Positions 19,759 through 29,158 of a DNA stretch of 64,000 bases are shown piece after piece. Below the pieces are notes generated by a model, which searched no databases, was not told the origin of the DNA, and saw nothing but the letters and a program-made list of their open reading frames with translations. The DNA is from Candidatus Rifleibacteriota bacterium (GTDB lineage Bacteria; Muiribacteriota; Ozemobacteria; Ozemobacterales; Ozemobacteraceae): NCBI GenBank assembly GCA_012520995.1, contig JAAYNI010000046.1, forward strand, positions 42,650-106,649. The letters run 5' to 3'. The translations under genes and the position numbers were made by a program. The stretch's first letter is position 1, and each line of letters starts with the position of its first letter.

Positions 19759-22065
19759 ATGCAATGTCCAGACTGTAAAACTGTTAATCCCGACTCAGCC
19801 CTTTTTTGGTCTTTGTGCGGCAAATCTCTTAAGAGACCTTGCCCTGGTTGCGGTGTTCTTAATAAAATCACCGCAAACTTTTGCTCCAATTGTTTCCAAA
19901 GTTTTTTAGAACAGCCTACTTATCGACCCTACCAACCTCAAGAGCACAGCAAACAGAAGCTGCCAAAACGCCCTTTCTTTATGATATTGATAGGCACTGT
20001 CTCGTTTATGCTAGTAAACTTCACTAGTCTCTTCAGAGGAAATAACGCTATTTTTGCTTCAGCACTGCTTATAACTGCTGGAATAGCTCTGTGGGGCATA
20101 GGCGAATTAGTATTCCATCTTCTCTCTCAGGATCCCTACACCTCTGAACAGTTAAAAATCGCAAAAGATTTTCCCGCAGTCTATATTGAAGAGCTCTCTC
20201 AATCCTATCCCTCTTTTTCAGCCGCAGAAAAGGAACTTGAAGAAACTCAAACAGCAGTTCCCCACACTTCTCCGATCGCAACTTTAGATCATCTCCCTGA
20301 AACTTCCAGTCTCCTGACAGCACAGATAGAAGAAACTGTTAATCGTCTTGAATCAGAAACAAACACACAAGACACTCAATCTTCTTATTCTACAGTTGCA
20401 GAATTTCTGACTAAAAGTCTTGACTCAGAAATAGTAGAACTTCAAGAAAAATTTGATAAATCTCCCTCAAATACAACCATTGCAATGGATCTTGCTCGTC
20501 TATATGAAGAAAAAGGCGATCTAAGATCTGCTGAAAAAACCTTGAGGAACTTGGCAAAACGCAAGACACATAAAGCCGATCTCCCTCTTTACTATGCAAC
20601 TCTTTTACATAGACTTGGAAAAATTGAAGATGCAAAAAAATCCCTTGAAAAAGCTGAAAGCATAAACCCCTCAATGAGCAAAATCTTCTACAGAAAAGGC
20701 TTGTTAGCAGCTTCTGAAAAAAACTATGCCGAAGCGAAAACAGCTTTCCAACGCTGTATACAGCTTGCACCAGATGATCCTTACGCTCATTACCACTTAG
20801 GAATGATTTACAGAGCTTCCGGCGATCATGACCTTGCCATGCAAGCTATAAAACGAGCTACAATACTGCATCCTGATGACTCTTATGGGCACAGCAAGCT
20901 CGGTATCCTATGTCGTGAATCAGGAAACTACGCCGAAGCTCTCAAGGCCTTTTCTAAAGCTTTAAGCCTTAAGCCTGATGACATTTTTCTTTATAAACAG
21001 CTTGCCGAGATAACCTCTTTAAGCGGAGAATACGAAAAATCTTCGGAGCTTTACAAAGAAATTATAGTGAGAGAAAGCCCGCCGAAATCAGAAACCCTCA
21101 TAGATTTTTGCAAAGTTCTGCGAAAACTAAACGCATATGGAGATATAGAAGAAATTATAAATGAGGTTTTAACAGCTGAGCCAGAAAACAAAGAAGCTCT
21201 ACTCATAAAAGCTATAGCCTGTACTCGTTTAGAAAAATACAACGAAGCCAAGCCGATTTTTAAATACTTAGTAGCAGATCCTGATGTCTCTTATGAAGCT
21301 TGGTTAGAATTAGGAAAAATTTACCAAATAGAAAATCAATCTGAGAAAGCCTTGGTAGCTCTTGTAAAGGCTGCATCCACAGCTCCAGATCAAGCTGGCA
21401 TATGGAACCGTATCGGCATTCTGCTCTCAAAACAACAAGCTTATAAAGAAGCTCTTGCAGCCTTCAGAAAGGCCGCAAGCTTTGATTATACCGACAAAAA
21501 TATAAGCGGAAATCTAGCCGCTTTAACAGAAAAAGTAGAAGAAGACCTCAACCGAATAATAGAGCAATCCGCCCAAAGCATTTCTAGAAATCCTGATGAC
21601 GCTATATCCTACATGCAGATGGGCAATGCCTATGAAGACCTGAACCGCTTGGAAGAAGCTATGCTGGCATACCAAAAATGTATTTCCCTGCAGCCTGATA
21701 ATATAAACGCGCTCTCGCGTTATGCTGACATTCTCAGAAAAAGAGGCAATCTGCCACTTGCAATACGTTGCTGTAAAGAAATATTAAAAAGCAATCCTAA
21801 CCACATGGAAACTCATCTATTTTTAATTCAAGCATATCTAAACCGAGGCTTTGTGGATAAAGCTTTGAGATATGCAACTCAAGCAAAACAAATAGAAGAA
21901 AAAGATCCTAAGCTCCACTTCCTACTTGGCAAGATTTACTTTGCAAAAGGTCTGTTTAAGCGAGCCTTGGATGAATTCACAATTGTTTCTCAACTCCCTG
22001 TCGAGCCCGACATGATAGCATGGGCTGAACTCATGCGCAGACGACTCTTAAAAGCAAAAACGTGA
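19759..22065 (+). CDS. Double zinc-ribbon / transmembrane / TPR-repeat protein
   Basis: N-terminal CPDC...CPGC...CSNC zinc-ribbon pair, two TM helices, then more than 12 TPR-like repeats. The ATG at 19759 is preferred over the upstream TTG at 19741. Confidence 0.6.
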   Translation: MQCPDCKTVNPDSALFWSLCGKSLKRPCPGCGVLNKITANFCSNCFQSFLEQPTYRPYQPQEHSKQKLPKRPFFMILIGTVSFMLVNFTSLFRGNNAIFASALLITAGIALWGIGELVFHLLSQDPYTSEQLKIAKDFPAVYIEELSQSYPSFSAAEKELEETQTAVPHTSPIATLDHLPETSSLLTAQIEETVNRLESETNTQDTQSSYSTVAEFLTKSLDSEIVELQEKFDKSPSNTTIAMDLARLYEEKGDLRSAEKTLRNLAKRKTHKADLPLYYATLLHRLGKIEDAKKSLEKAESINPSMSKIFYRKGLLAASEKNYAEAKTAFQRCIQLAPDDPYAHYHLGMIYRASGDHDLAMQAIKRATILHPDDSYGHSKLGILCRESGNYAEALKAFSKALSLKPDDIFLYKQLAEITSLSGEYEKSSELYKEIIVRESPPKSETLIDFCKVLRKLNAYGDIEEIINEVLTAEPENKEALLIKAIACTRLEKYNEAKPIFKYLVADPDVSYEAWLELGKIYQIENQSEKALVALVKAASTAPDQAGIWNRIGILLSKQQAYKEALAAFRKAASFDYTDKNISGNLAALTEKVEEDLNRIIEQSAQSISRNPDDAISYMQMGNAYEDLNRLEEAMLAYQKCISLQPDNINALSRYADILRKRGNLPLAIRCCKEILKSNPNHMETHLFLIQAYLNRGFVDKALRYATQAKQIEEKDPKLHFLLGKIYFAKGLFKRALDEFTIVSQLPVEPDMIAWAELMRRRLLKAKT

Positions 22066-23210
22066 AACTTCTCGCAAGCTCTTTATTAATACTCTTACTT
22101 TTCTCTCACACTCCTGCAGCCATGGCAGCTTCAGGCTATTCACCCTTGAGAGATTACAACACAGCGGGAGATATTTTACTTCACTCTGAAAAACAGTCCA
22201 AATCTGACTCATATTACCTGCTGGCTCTCCAAGAGATCAAGAAAAACAACCCTCTCAGAGCTTTTAACTCAATTAATGCCGGGCTTAGAGAAAATAAATA
22301 TGATATAAGACTTTTGCGTCTGCGAGGATTTCTTTTTGCAAGGAGCGGCAAACTCAAAGAAGCTTATGCGGATTTTTCTCGAATTTTGCTTCTCTCTCCG
22401 GAAGATGAATACTCCACCTTAGCCCTTAGAGAAGTAAAAACGGCCATTGATAATGCCCAAAGCTCCATTGAACTTCTTTACACCCCGCCAGAAGAACAAA
22501 AAAATAGAAGTGCGAAAGACAAAGCTCCAAAAGTTGACGAAACTTCGGAAAAAACACCTGAAAAAATCCTAACTTCCTCATATTTCGACAATATGCGAGA
22601 TAAGCAACAATGTCTCCATAACATGGACACACTTCAAAGAGCTTACGAAAACTATAAAAAAACAAATTCAAACAAACCTTTCTCCATAAAAGATATGATG
22701 CTTTCATTAGCTCTTAAATTTGAGCCCTTATGTCCTAACAGAGGAAACTATACTTGGACTAATAATCAAATAGAATGTTCCGTGCATGGTAAAGAAAAAC
22801 CCTTAAGAGGTGAAGTAACAAAAATATTCGGCGACTTTAACAATGCTTTGCAGCAAAAACAAAGAAAAAATTACTTAGAAGCTGAAAAACTCTTCAAACA
22901 AGCTCTAATCTTTTATCCAAAATGGCCTGAACTCTATTATCAGCTTGGAGATACCTATTTTAAGATGGGGAGACTTCAAGAGGCCATAACCCATCTTGAG
23001 AAAGCTCTTTCCATGGCTCCTGACAATCTAGACATACAAATGCTTCTGGCTCATGCTCATTTTAAGCAAGGTAGCCGTGCTGCAGCTCTCGCCCATCTTG
23101 ACAAAATAATTAAAGAAAACAAAAGTGTTATTCACAGCATGTCAGCCAAAAGTATCGCAAGAAAAATTCGTGAAGGAAAATCTTATGAAGCCGTCTTCCC
23201 AACCTACTAA
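22062..23210 (+). CDS. Secreted TPR-repeat protein
   Basis: GTG start overlapping the upstream stop, signal peptide MKLLASSLLILLLFSHTPAAMA, TPR-like repeats. Confidence 0.6.
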   Translation: MKLLASSLLILLLFSHTPAAMAASGYSPLRDYNTAGDILLHSEKQSKSDSYYLLALQEIKKNNPLRAFNSINAGLRENKYDIRLLRLRGFLFARSGKLKEAYADFSRILLLSPEDEYSTLALREVKTAIDNAQSSIELLYTPPEEQKNRSAKDKAPKVDETSEKTPEKILTSSYFDNMRDKQQCLHNMDTLQRAYENYKKTNSNKPFSIKDMMLSLALKFEPLCPNRGNYTWTNNQIECSVHGKEKPLRGEVTKIFGDFNNALQQKQRKNYLEAEKLFKQALIFYPKWPELYYQLGDTYFKMGRLQEAITHLEKALSMAPDNLDIQMLLAHAHFKQGSRAAALAHLDKIIKENKSVIHSMSAKSIARKIREGKSYEAVFPTY

Positions 23211-24087
23211 TCAGGAAACTGCCAAAAAAATTTCCAGTTTTTTCTGTACATCTCACATTCTTAGAGCTCCTGATAAAACAACATTACAGCTGATTTTGGA
23301 TTGGGGAAAAAAAAACAATGTAGTCCTGAAGTTTTCCAAGGAACTCGCTTCTTTTTCTAATATGCCTGAAGCTGCTCCGGAAGATGAAGCAATCTTTCTG
23401 CGAGAATCAGCGGAAATGATTCTTGTTTTTGGAGGAGACGGTACAATCATATCTGCTGTTCGTAACTATGCGGACTATAACCTTCCGTTTGCTGGCATTA
23501 ACTTTGGAAACCTAGGTTTTTTGACCACCGCTGACCCTAAAAACATGCTTTCTGTTTTTGAGCATCTGAAAAATGGCATATATTGCCTTGAAAATCGCAT
23601 GATGCTCAATGTTTCTGTTAAGCGAGAAGGAGAAGAAGTTTTTTCCTGTGATGTGCTCAATGAAGTAGCCATGCAAAGACTTTTATTAAAAAAAGCCGCT
23701 AAAATTGATGTATATATTAGCGGCACTCATGTCAGCTCTTACGAAGGCGACGGAGTAATATTTGCAACTCCGACAGGCTCTACGGCCTATGCCCTTTCTG
23801 CTGGAGGTCCAATAGTCCCTCCTTGGGTAAACCTGATACTTATCTCCCCTCTCAACTGTCACACATTGGCAGTCCGCAGTGTTTTAACATCTGAAGATGA
23901 AATAATCACAGCTACCCTTGAAAATCCATACTCGGAACTCATATTAGTATTAGACGGACAAAAAGGCTATGAGCTTAAAACCGGCGACCAGGTAGAAGTC
24001 AAGAAAAGCAAAAAAAATTGCCGCACTGTTATAACAGATAACGGCAACTTCTTTGATATTTTACGCAGAAAGATGGGCTGGGGCTGA
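23185..24087 (+). CDS. nadK: NAD kinase
   Basis: GGDGTIISAVRNYADYNLPFAGINFGNLGFLT and DGVIFATPTGSTAYALSAGGPIV motifs. Start chosen at the ATG at 23185, which has an AAGGAAAA ribosome-binding site. Confidence 0.85.
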   Translation: MKPSSQPTNQETAKKISSFFCTSHILRAPDKTTLQLILDWGKKNNVVLKFSKELASFSNMPEAAPEDEAIFLRESAEMILVFGGDGTIISAVRNYADYNLPFAGINFGNLGFLTTADPKNMLSVFEHLKNGIYCLENRMMLNVSVKREGEEVFSCDVLNEVAMQRLLLKKAAKIDVYISGTHVSSYEGDGVIFATPTGSTAYALSAGGPIVPPWVNLILISPLNCHTLAVRSVLTSEDEIITATLENPYSELILVLDGQKGYELKTGDQVEVKKSKKNCRTVITDNGNFFDILRRKMGWG

Positions 24088-24125
24088 CTGGTGCTTTGCT
24101 TATACCCTAACCCCTAGTCCCTGAT

Positions 24126-24899
24126 TTAAAGTCCTGTGGGCAGATCTATAAATTCGTATTCAAGCTTGAATTTCTCTGCCACATGTTGAGTTAGAGCCTT
24201 CACTCCAAATATTTCAGTAGCATAATGACCAAGAGAAAGCATATTCACTTCTCTTTCTCTGCACATAGCCACCTGTTGATGTATAATCTCGCCTGTCAAA
24301 AGCAAATCTGCTTTTCCGTCATAGATAGCCGGATCTTTGACATAACTGCCTCCGCCGCCTGAAACTATGGCTATATTGCTGACAGTATCTTTGCCAAAGT
24401 CCAATTCAGTTATGATTTTTCCTATTTTAGATTCAGCAAGAGCTTTAAATTCTGCAAGTTTAATAGGCTTAGCTGTTTTAGCTATATAACCAATAGGATA
24501 ACCTTTTGTGACAGCAAAAGGACCTGTTATTGTCAAACCTAATTCTTTTGCTATACAAGCGTTATTGCCGAACTCTTTGTGAGCATCCAGCGGCAAATGG
24601 CTAGCATAAAGATTCAAGTCTATTTCATCCAAAGCTTTGAAAATTCTTTTATTCAGCCTGTCAAGCCTACTCCATTCCCCGCCCTTCCAAAAGAGACCAT
24701 GGTGAACTATAGCAAAATCCGCATTGCTTTTTTTAGCGGCATCAAAAAATTCCAAAGTGGCATCGACTCCAGCTACAATCTTCTTAACCTTAGGTTTGCC
24801 CTCAAACTGCAAACCGTTGTATGAATAATCCTCCATTTGATAATCTTGGAAGACTTCATTTAGATAATTCAGTATGTCAATTGTTTTTACACTTTTCAT
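24126..24899 (-). CDS. Nif3-family dinuclear metal-centre protein (YqfO/YbgI-like)
   Basis: FDAAKKSNADFAIVHHGLFW..., LYASHLPLDAH and LSLGHYATE motifs. Start at 24899 (AAGGA ribosome-binding site) preferred over the longer ORF-track start. Confidence 0.8.
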   Translation of the reverse strand: MKSVKTIDILNYLNEVFQDYQMEDYSYNGLQFEGKPKVKKIVAGVDATLEFFDAAKKSNADFAIVHHGLFWKGGEWSRLDRLNKRIFKALDEIDLNLYASHLPLDAHKEFGNNACIAKELGLTITGPFAVTKGYPIGYIAKTAKPIKLAEFKALAESKIGKIITELDFGKDTVSNIAIVSGGGGSYVKDPAIYDGKADLLLTGEIIHQQVAMCREREVNMLSLGHYATEIFGVKALTQHVAEKFKLEYEFIDLPTGL

Positions 24900-24924
24900 A
24901 AGTTTGTATCCTTCAATTTCAATT

Positions 24925-26649
24925 TCAATTTTGCAACAACACAAATTTGTAAGAGTGGGAAACGGTAAAGTCGAATTTATCTGAACGAGCTAAGCTGGAA
25001 AGTTCAAAAGCGTTTTGTTCCGCTTCAAGGTCAACACTGAAAATTATCTGGGTTGAAAGCATATTTTTGTGATAAGCCAAGTGCATAGTCGAATAAAGAG
25101 TAGGATCTATAGAAACCCAACCTCTGTTGTTCTCATAAACTTCCAGCCATTGATGGCCTACCGTGTCATCGGTGCCCAGCATCTCCTCTTTGATTAAGTA
25201 GCCGTTTACAAGCCTTGCGGGCATACCCTTTTTTAAAGCCAGAGCCAAGAAAAGTAAAGCATATTCTGTACAGTCACATTTTCCCGGATTATCAAATATC
25301 CAATCTAGACCGTATCTGGTTCTATTTTCATAGTAAGAGAGCCCTTGATTTACAACCCTGTTTGCATTGATTAAGAAATCGCCTTCAAGGCTGTTTACAT
25401 ATCTATAAAGCATTTCAAGACGTCTGTTTGTCAAATCCACACCGCTTTTCCGGATAATCTCGTTTATGTCAGGAACAGGTGCTTGTTGAGGTTTAAAGAA
25501 AGGTTTTACGCTGATTTTTCTGAGAACTTCTATAGAAAGCTTGGTTCCCCAAGCTGAACGCGGAATATCGACATAAAGGCTTCCGTCCTCTCTGGCTATA
25601 GGTTTCAAAATTGTTTTGCGGTTTCTGGAAATTACCGCAACTTCCATCAACGAGATGCTTTGTCTCTCAGACTCGTTTATTTGAGGCAAAGAACAAGTCA
25701 GCTTCTCCAACTCCGAAGCCATATTTAAAGAAGCATTTAAGGTAGACGTAAATAGATATGTCTTAGGTGTGAGGCTATTAATTATAAGTTCTGTAGACTT
25801 GGCATTGTCACTTTCCGGAAATTTTCTTAGCGCTTTCTGTGCTATCTCTAGCAAACCTTCATGCTTTCCAAGAGAAAATCTGGCTCTGACATAGGCATGA
25901 GCAAGAAAAGGGTCATTTTCTCTAGTCGGGGAAGTTTTTAAAAAAGCCTCAGCCTCATAAAATTTGTTTTTCTCAAAAAGAGCCGAGACAAGAAAAACTG
26001 CCGTCTGAGTATCTTGTGGCATTTTTCTCATATGCCCAAATGCCTGCTCTATGAGAGTTTTTCTGTATTTGCCTGTAGCATAAAGCGAAGCAACAAGGCT
26101 TTGAGTTATTTGTGTGTTATTAGGTTCAAACTTTGCCGCATAATGCAAATATTCCGCTGCACGCTTATAGTTATTAAAACTGTTAAAATAAATTGTAGCT
26201 GCCAACAAAGCCGCCTTGATATTGCGCGGATTAATTGCCAAAAGCCTGAGAGCTATCTCGTCCAAACGCTTTTCAAAGGCGATGTCTTTTACATTTTGAG
26301 TCATTTGGGCCTTCTGAGCCATAACCATCAGATAGTTATTCAAAATTTTTGCATCAAAAGGGTTATAAGCCAAAGCTTCATCAAAAAGCTCAATTGCACT
26401 GTCGAAGTCTTTCGACAGCGACTTGTTTATAGCCTCGTCATTCAAAGTGGCCGCATAGTATTTATTGTCATAGGAAACCTCTTCAAAACCTTCCTGAACT
26501 TCTAAAAAGTTCAAGCCGGAAGATTCAAAAACATCATCACGTGTTGTTTCAGGAGGCAATAAAAAGCTCTTTATATACGAAGTCTCTGCTGACAGCAGTG
26601 AGCAAAATATGAGACCAAGAGCCGTTAGAATGACAATTTTTACTCTCAT
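24925..26649 (-). CDS. Secreted TPR protein with C-terminal transglutaminase-like cysteine-protease core
   Basis: Signal peptide; TPR-like helical repeats; C-terminal GKCDCTEYALLFLALALKKGMPARLVNGY...GHQWLEVY resembles the transglutaminase-like Cys-His-Asp core. Confidence 0.6.
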   Translation of the reverse strand: MRVKIVILTALGLIFCSLLSAETSYIKSFLLPPETTRDDVFESSGLNFLEVQEGFEEVSYDNKYYAATLNDEAINKSLSKDFDSAIELFDEALAYNPFDAKILNNYLMVMAQKAQMTQNVKDIAFEKRLDEIALRLLAINPRNIKAALLAATIYFNSFNNYKRAAEYLHYAAKFEPNNTQITQSLVASLYATGKYRKTLIEQAFGHMRKMPQDTQTAVFLVSALFEKNKFYEAEAFLKTSPTRENDPFLAHAYVRARFSLGKHEGLLEIAQKALRKFPESDNAKSTELIINSLTPKTYLFTSTLNASLNMASELEKLTCSLPQINESERQSISLMEVAVISRNRKTILKPIAREDGSLYVDIPRSAWGTKLSIEVLRKISVKPFFKPQQAPVPDINEIIRKSGVDLTNRRLEMLYRYVNSLEGDFLINANRVVNQGLSYYENRTRYGLDWIFDNPGKCDCTEYALLFLALALKKGMPARLVNGYLIKEEMLGTDDTVGHQWLEVYENNRGWVSIDPTLYSTMHLAYHKNMLSTQIIFSVDLEAEQNAFELSSLARSDKFDFTVSHSYKFVLLQN

Positions 26650-26721
26650 GCAGCCTATTGTATCATTATCTTTTTTTCACGTAAACCAAAAGTAAGAATT
26701 ATCAGCAGACAAAAAACAGCA

Positions 26722-26793
26722 AGCAGTGCTCAGCGAGCAATGAAGCCGAAGCAATGTAAAGTATAGAGGGCTTCAATAAATTAGAAAGCACTG
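26722..26793. repeat. Short inverted-repeat element (gcagtgct ... agcactg) related to the ctagtgct/agcactag family
   Basis: 7-bp inverted arms about 57 bp apart in the gap between the transglutaminase-like gene start and the pilin-like gene end. It shares the agtgct/agcact core with the elements at 44.9, 49.1 and 61.0 kb. Confidence 0.35.
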
Positions 26794-26980
26794 TAAAGTA
26801 CAGAATTCAGAGTGTCAAAATCAAAAGAAAAAGACGTACACAATCGATTAGCAATATGCCGTCACACATAAAAAGAAGAAGAGAAACGTATAAAGTTATA
26901 AAGATATTAATAAAATCCGTCAATTAGCTTTATTGCCACACATCACTCACAAGTGTCTTTTAAGAGCAAATAGGATGCTT

Positions 26981-27478
26981 TCAGTGTTTTAGCAAATTCG
27001 GAGTAAAGAAAACAGCTCTATCCCAGAAAGTCTCAGAAGATTCGGTAGGGTCATAATAATAGGAAGACAAAAAAACAGTCGTCTTAGCTCCTGAGTTTTT
27101 GATACTGAAGTCCTTAATATTGTTTAATTTTAATGTAGAGTTTCCTTCTGGAATTGTCTTCCTCTCCAAGGTTTTATCATATTCTTTAAATTCATATGAG
27201 TATCCTTTGTCAGGGGAAAGCTTAGAGTAAATCTCCCAAGTTTTTATTGAGGGAACAGTAGAGTATATTATCTTTACAGCTCTGTTCAGATCCTGTTCCA
27301 CCGTAGTCATGACAGTTTTTGAATAGTTCATGCTGTAAAGCTGCTTATGTCCGTCTTGCCAAACGTTCCCCATCAAAGATACCAAGGACAGCAAAGACAA
27401 AAGTATCATGGACAAAACTATAGTAGCAGTCAGAACTTCTGCAAGACTAAAACCTCGGCGAACAAAGCAAATTGTCAT
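26981..27478 (-). CDS. Type IV pilin-like (prepilin N-terminal) protein
   Basis: N-terminus MTICFVRRGFSLAEVLTATIVLSMILLSLL: Gly plus FSLAEVL fits the prepilin-peptidase cleavage and methylation motif. Start chosen at the internal Met. Confidence 0.55.
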   Translation of the reverse strand: MTICFVRRGFSLAEVLTATIVLSMILLSLLSLVSLMGNVWQDGHKQLYSMNYSKTVMTTVEQDLNRAVKIIYSTVPSIKTWEIYSKLSPDKGYSYEFKEYDKTLERKTIPEGNSTLKLNNIKDFSIKNSGAKTTVFLSSYYYDPTESSETFWDRAVFFTPNLLKH

Positions 27479-27527
27479 AGTAAAACTCTCCCTTTCAATT
27501 TTACTCCAAAACAACTCCTTTCCGCAA

Positions 27528-27640
27528 TCTAGTGCTGTATTTTGTCTAAAACTTTCTTTTGAAAGACATCTTGCTCAACAATAAATCATAGTTGGCAGCT
27601 ACTAAGATCGCACCGTGGTGAGTGGCAAGTAAGAATCAAC
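27528..27640. repeat. Copy A of a dispersed intergenic element (ctagtgctgt...tctaaaac ... aagatcgcaccgtggtgagtgg)
   Basis: It shares both the 5' block and the 3' block with the elements at 61006-61130 and 49109-49245, with similar spacing between them. Confidence 0.5.
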
Positions 27641-27734
27641 ATTCATAACAGCCCTTCTATCCGCAGATGAGGGCAAAAACTCTTAAAGCAAGCTTAAGAT
27701 AAAACAGACTGCCAGAGGCTTTAGAGCAACTTTC

Positions 27735-27763
27735 TTGGAGTATTTTCAACGATATGTTATAAT
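27735..27763 (+). promoter_or_regulatory. Candidate sigma70-type promoter for glmM (-35 TTGGAG, extended -10 TGTTATAAT)
   Basis: TTGGAG at 27735-27740, 17-nt spacer, TGTTATAAT at 27755-27763. The TAAGGAG ribosome-binding site and ATG at 27797 follow. Confidence 0.45.
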
Positions 27764-27796
27764 CTTAAGCAACACTATAAGGAGTTCATTAAATAA

Positions 27797-29146
27797 ATGG
27801 GCAGACTATTCGGCACAGACGGCATTCGCGGAGTAGCCAATAAATTTCCCTTAGACGGGATAACCGTTTACAGAGTGGCTCAGTTGGCCGCAAAAAGATT
27901 GCTTTCCAACTACAAAAAACGCAACAGACCTTTTTTCATAGGTAAAGATACTAGAATTTCCGGCGGAATATTGGAACATGCTGTAGCAGCCGGAGTAGCC
28001 TCTACGGGGGCTGATGTTCGCTTGCTTGGAGTAGTTCCGACACCGGCAGTGGCATATCTTGTAAAAGAGCTTCAAGGGCTTGGCGGAATAATGATAAGCG
28101 CATCCCACAATCCCTTCCAAGACAACGGCATAAAAATATTCGGTTCTGACGGCTACAAGCTAAACGACGCTATTGAAGAGGCCATCGAAGATGACCTCTT
28201 TTCTAACACGCGGCACGAAACACCAATAGGCGAAAAGGTCGGCACAATCTCTTCAGACGAAAATTCAGCCCAGTTTTGGCTTTCACACGTGCAAAGAGCA
28301 TACGGCGACATACAGCCGTCAAAAAAGCTAAAGATAGCCATAGACTGTGCTAACGGTTCTTTATCTCGCTGGGCTCCAAAGTTTTTTGCTGATTTGGGTT
28401 TCAGCGTTGATGCAATAGGCGTAAACCCCAACGGAACAAACATAAACAAAAATGTCGGCTCAACATCTCTTGAAGCCATACTGAATGTTATGAGCAAAGA
28501 ACACTTCCATATAGGCTTTGCTTTTGACGGTGATGCGGACAGGGTTATAGCTATTTCGAGCGAAGGCGACATTATAGACGGCGATTATATACTGGCCATT
28601 ACAGCCAAATATCTCAAAGACAAAGAGAAATTGCCAGGCAACACAATGGTAACAACAGTTATGGCTAACCTAGGCTTAGATATAGCCATGAAGAACAACA
28701 ATATTAAAGTATTTAAAACCCAAGTAGGCGACAGGTATGTGCTGGAAGAAATGCAAAAGACCCAGTCTATACTAGGCGGCGAACAAAGCGGACACATAAT
28801 ATTGTCAGAACATGCGACCACTGGCGACGGACTTTTGACAGCCTGCATGCTTCTAAGAATAATGCATGAAACAGGTGCCAGCCTTAGAGAATTGAGCGGC
28901 GTTATGAGCAAACTGCCTCAACTTCTTGTAAACATTAAGGTTAAAGACAAGAACTACAAAAACTGTCCCGAAATACTTGAAGTTATCCGAAATACCGAAG
29001 AAAAGCTTGAGGGCAAAGGCAGATTGCTTATAAGACCTTCAGGCACAGAAGATCTTCTGAGGGTTATGGCTGAAGGCCCAGACGAAACGGAAATAAAAGT
29101 TCTGGTTAACGGTATAGCTAAAACCATATCCAAGTATCTTTGCTGA
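27797..29146 (+). CDS. glmM: Phosphoglucosamine mutase
   Basis: GRLFGTDGIRG..., active-site SASHNPFQDNGIKIF, GDGDADR metal-binding loop. Confidence 0.9.
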   Translation: MGRLFGTDGIRGVANKFPLDGITVYRVAQLAAKRLLSNYKKRNRPFFIGKDTRISGGILEHAVAAGVASTGADVRLLGVVPTPAVAYLVKELQGLGGIMISASHNPFQDNGIKIFGSDGYKLNDAIEEAIEDDLFSNTRHETPIGEKVGTISSDENSAQFWLSHVQRAYGDIQPSKKLKIAIDCANGSLSRWAPKFFADLGFSVDAIGVNPNGTNINKNVGSTSLEAILNVMSKEHFHIGFAFDGDADRVIAISSEGDIIDGDYILAITAKYLKDKEKLPGNTMVTTVMANLGLDIAMKNNNIKVFKTQVGDRYVLEEMQKTQSILGGEQSGHIILSEHATTGDGLLTACMLLRIMHETGASLRELSGVMSKLPQLLVNIKVKDKNYKNCPEILEVIRNTEEKLEGKGRLLIRPSGTEDLLRVMAEGPDETEIKVLVNGIAKTISKYLC

Positions 29147-29158
29147 GTTTAATGATCC

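Noticed and set aside
24088-24125. Possible terminator between convergent nadK and the NIF3-like gene
   Set aside because: No stable inverted repeat or T-run could be found in the 38-bp gap.
26014-26505. 163-aa +strand ORF
   Set aside because: Lies inside and antisense to the transglutaminase-like TPR gene. No ribosome-binding site and no recognisable motif.
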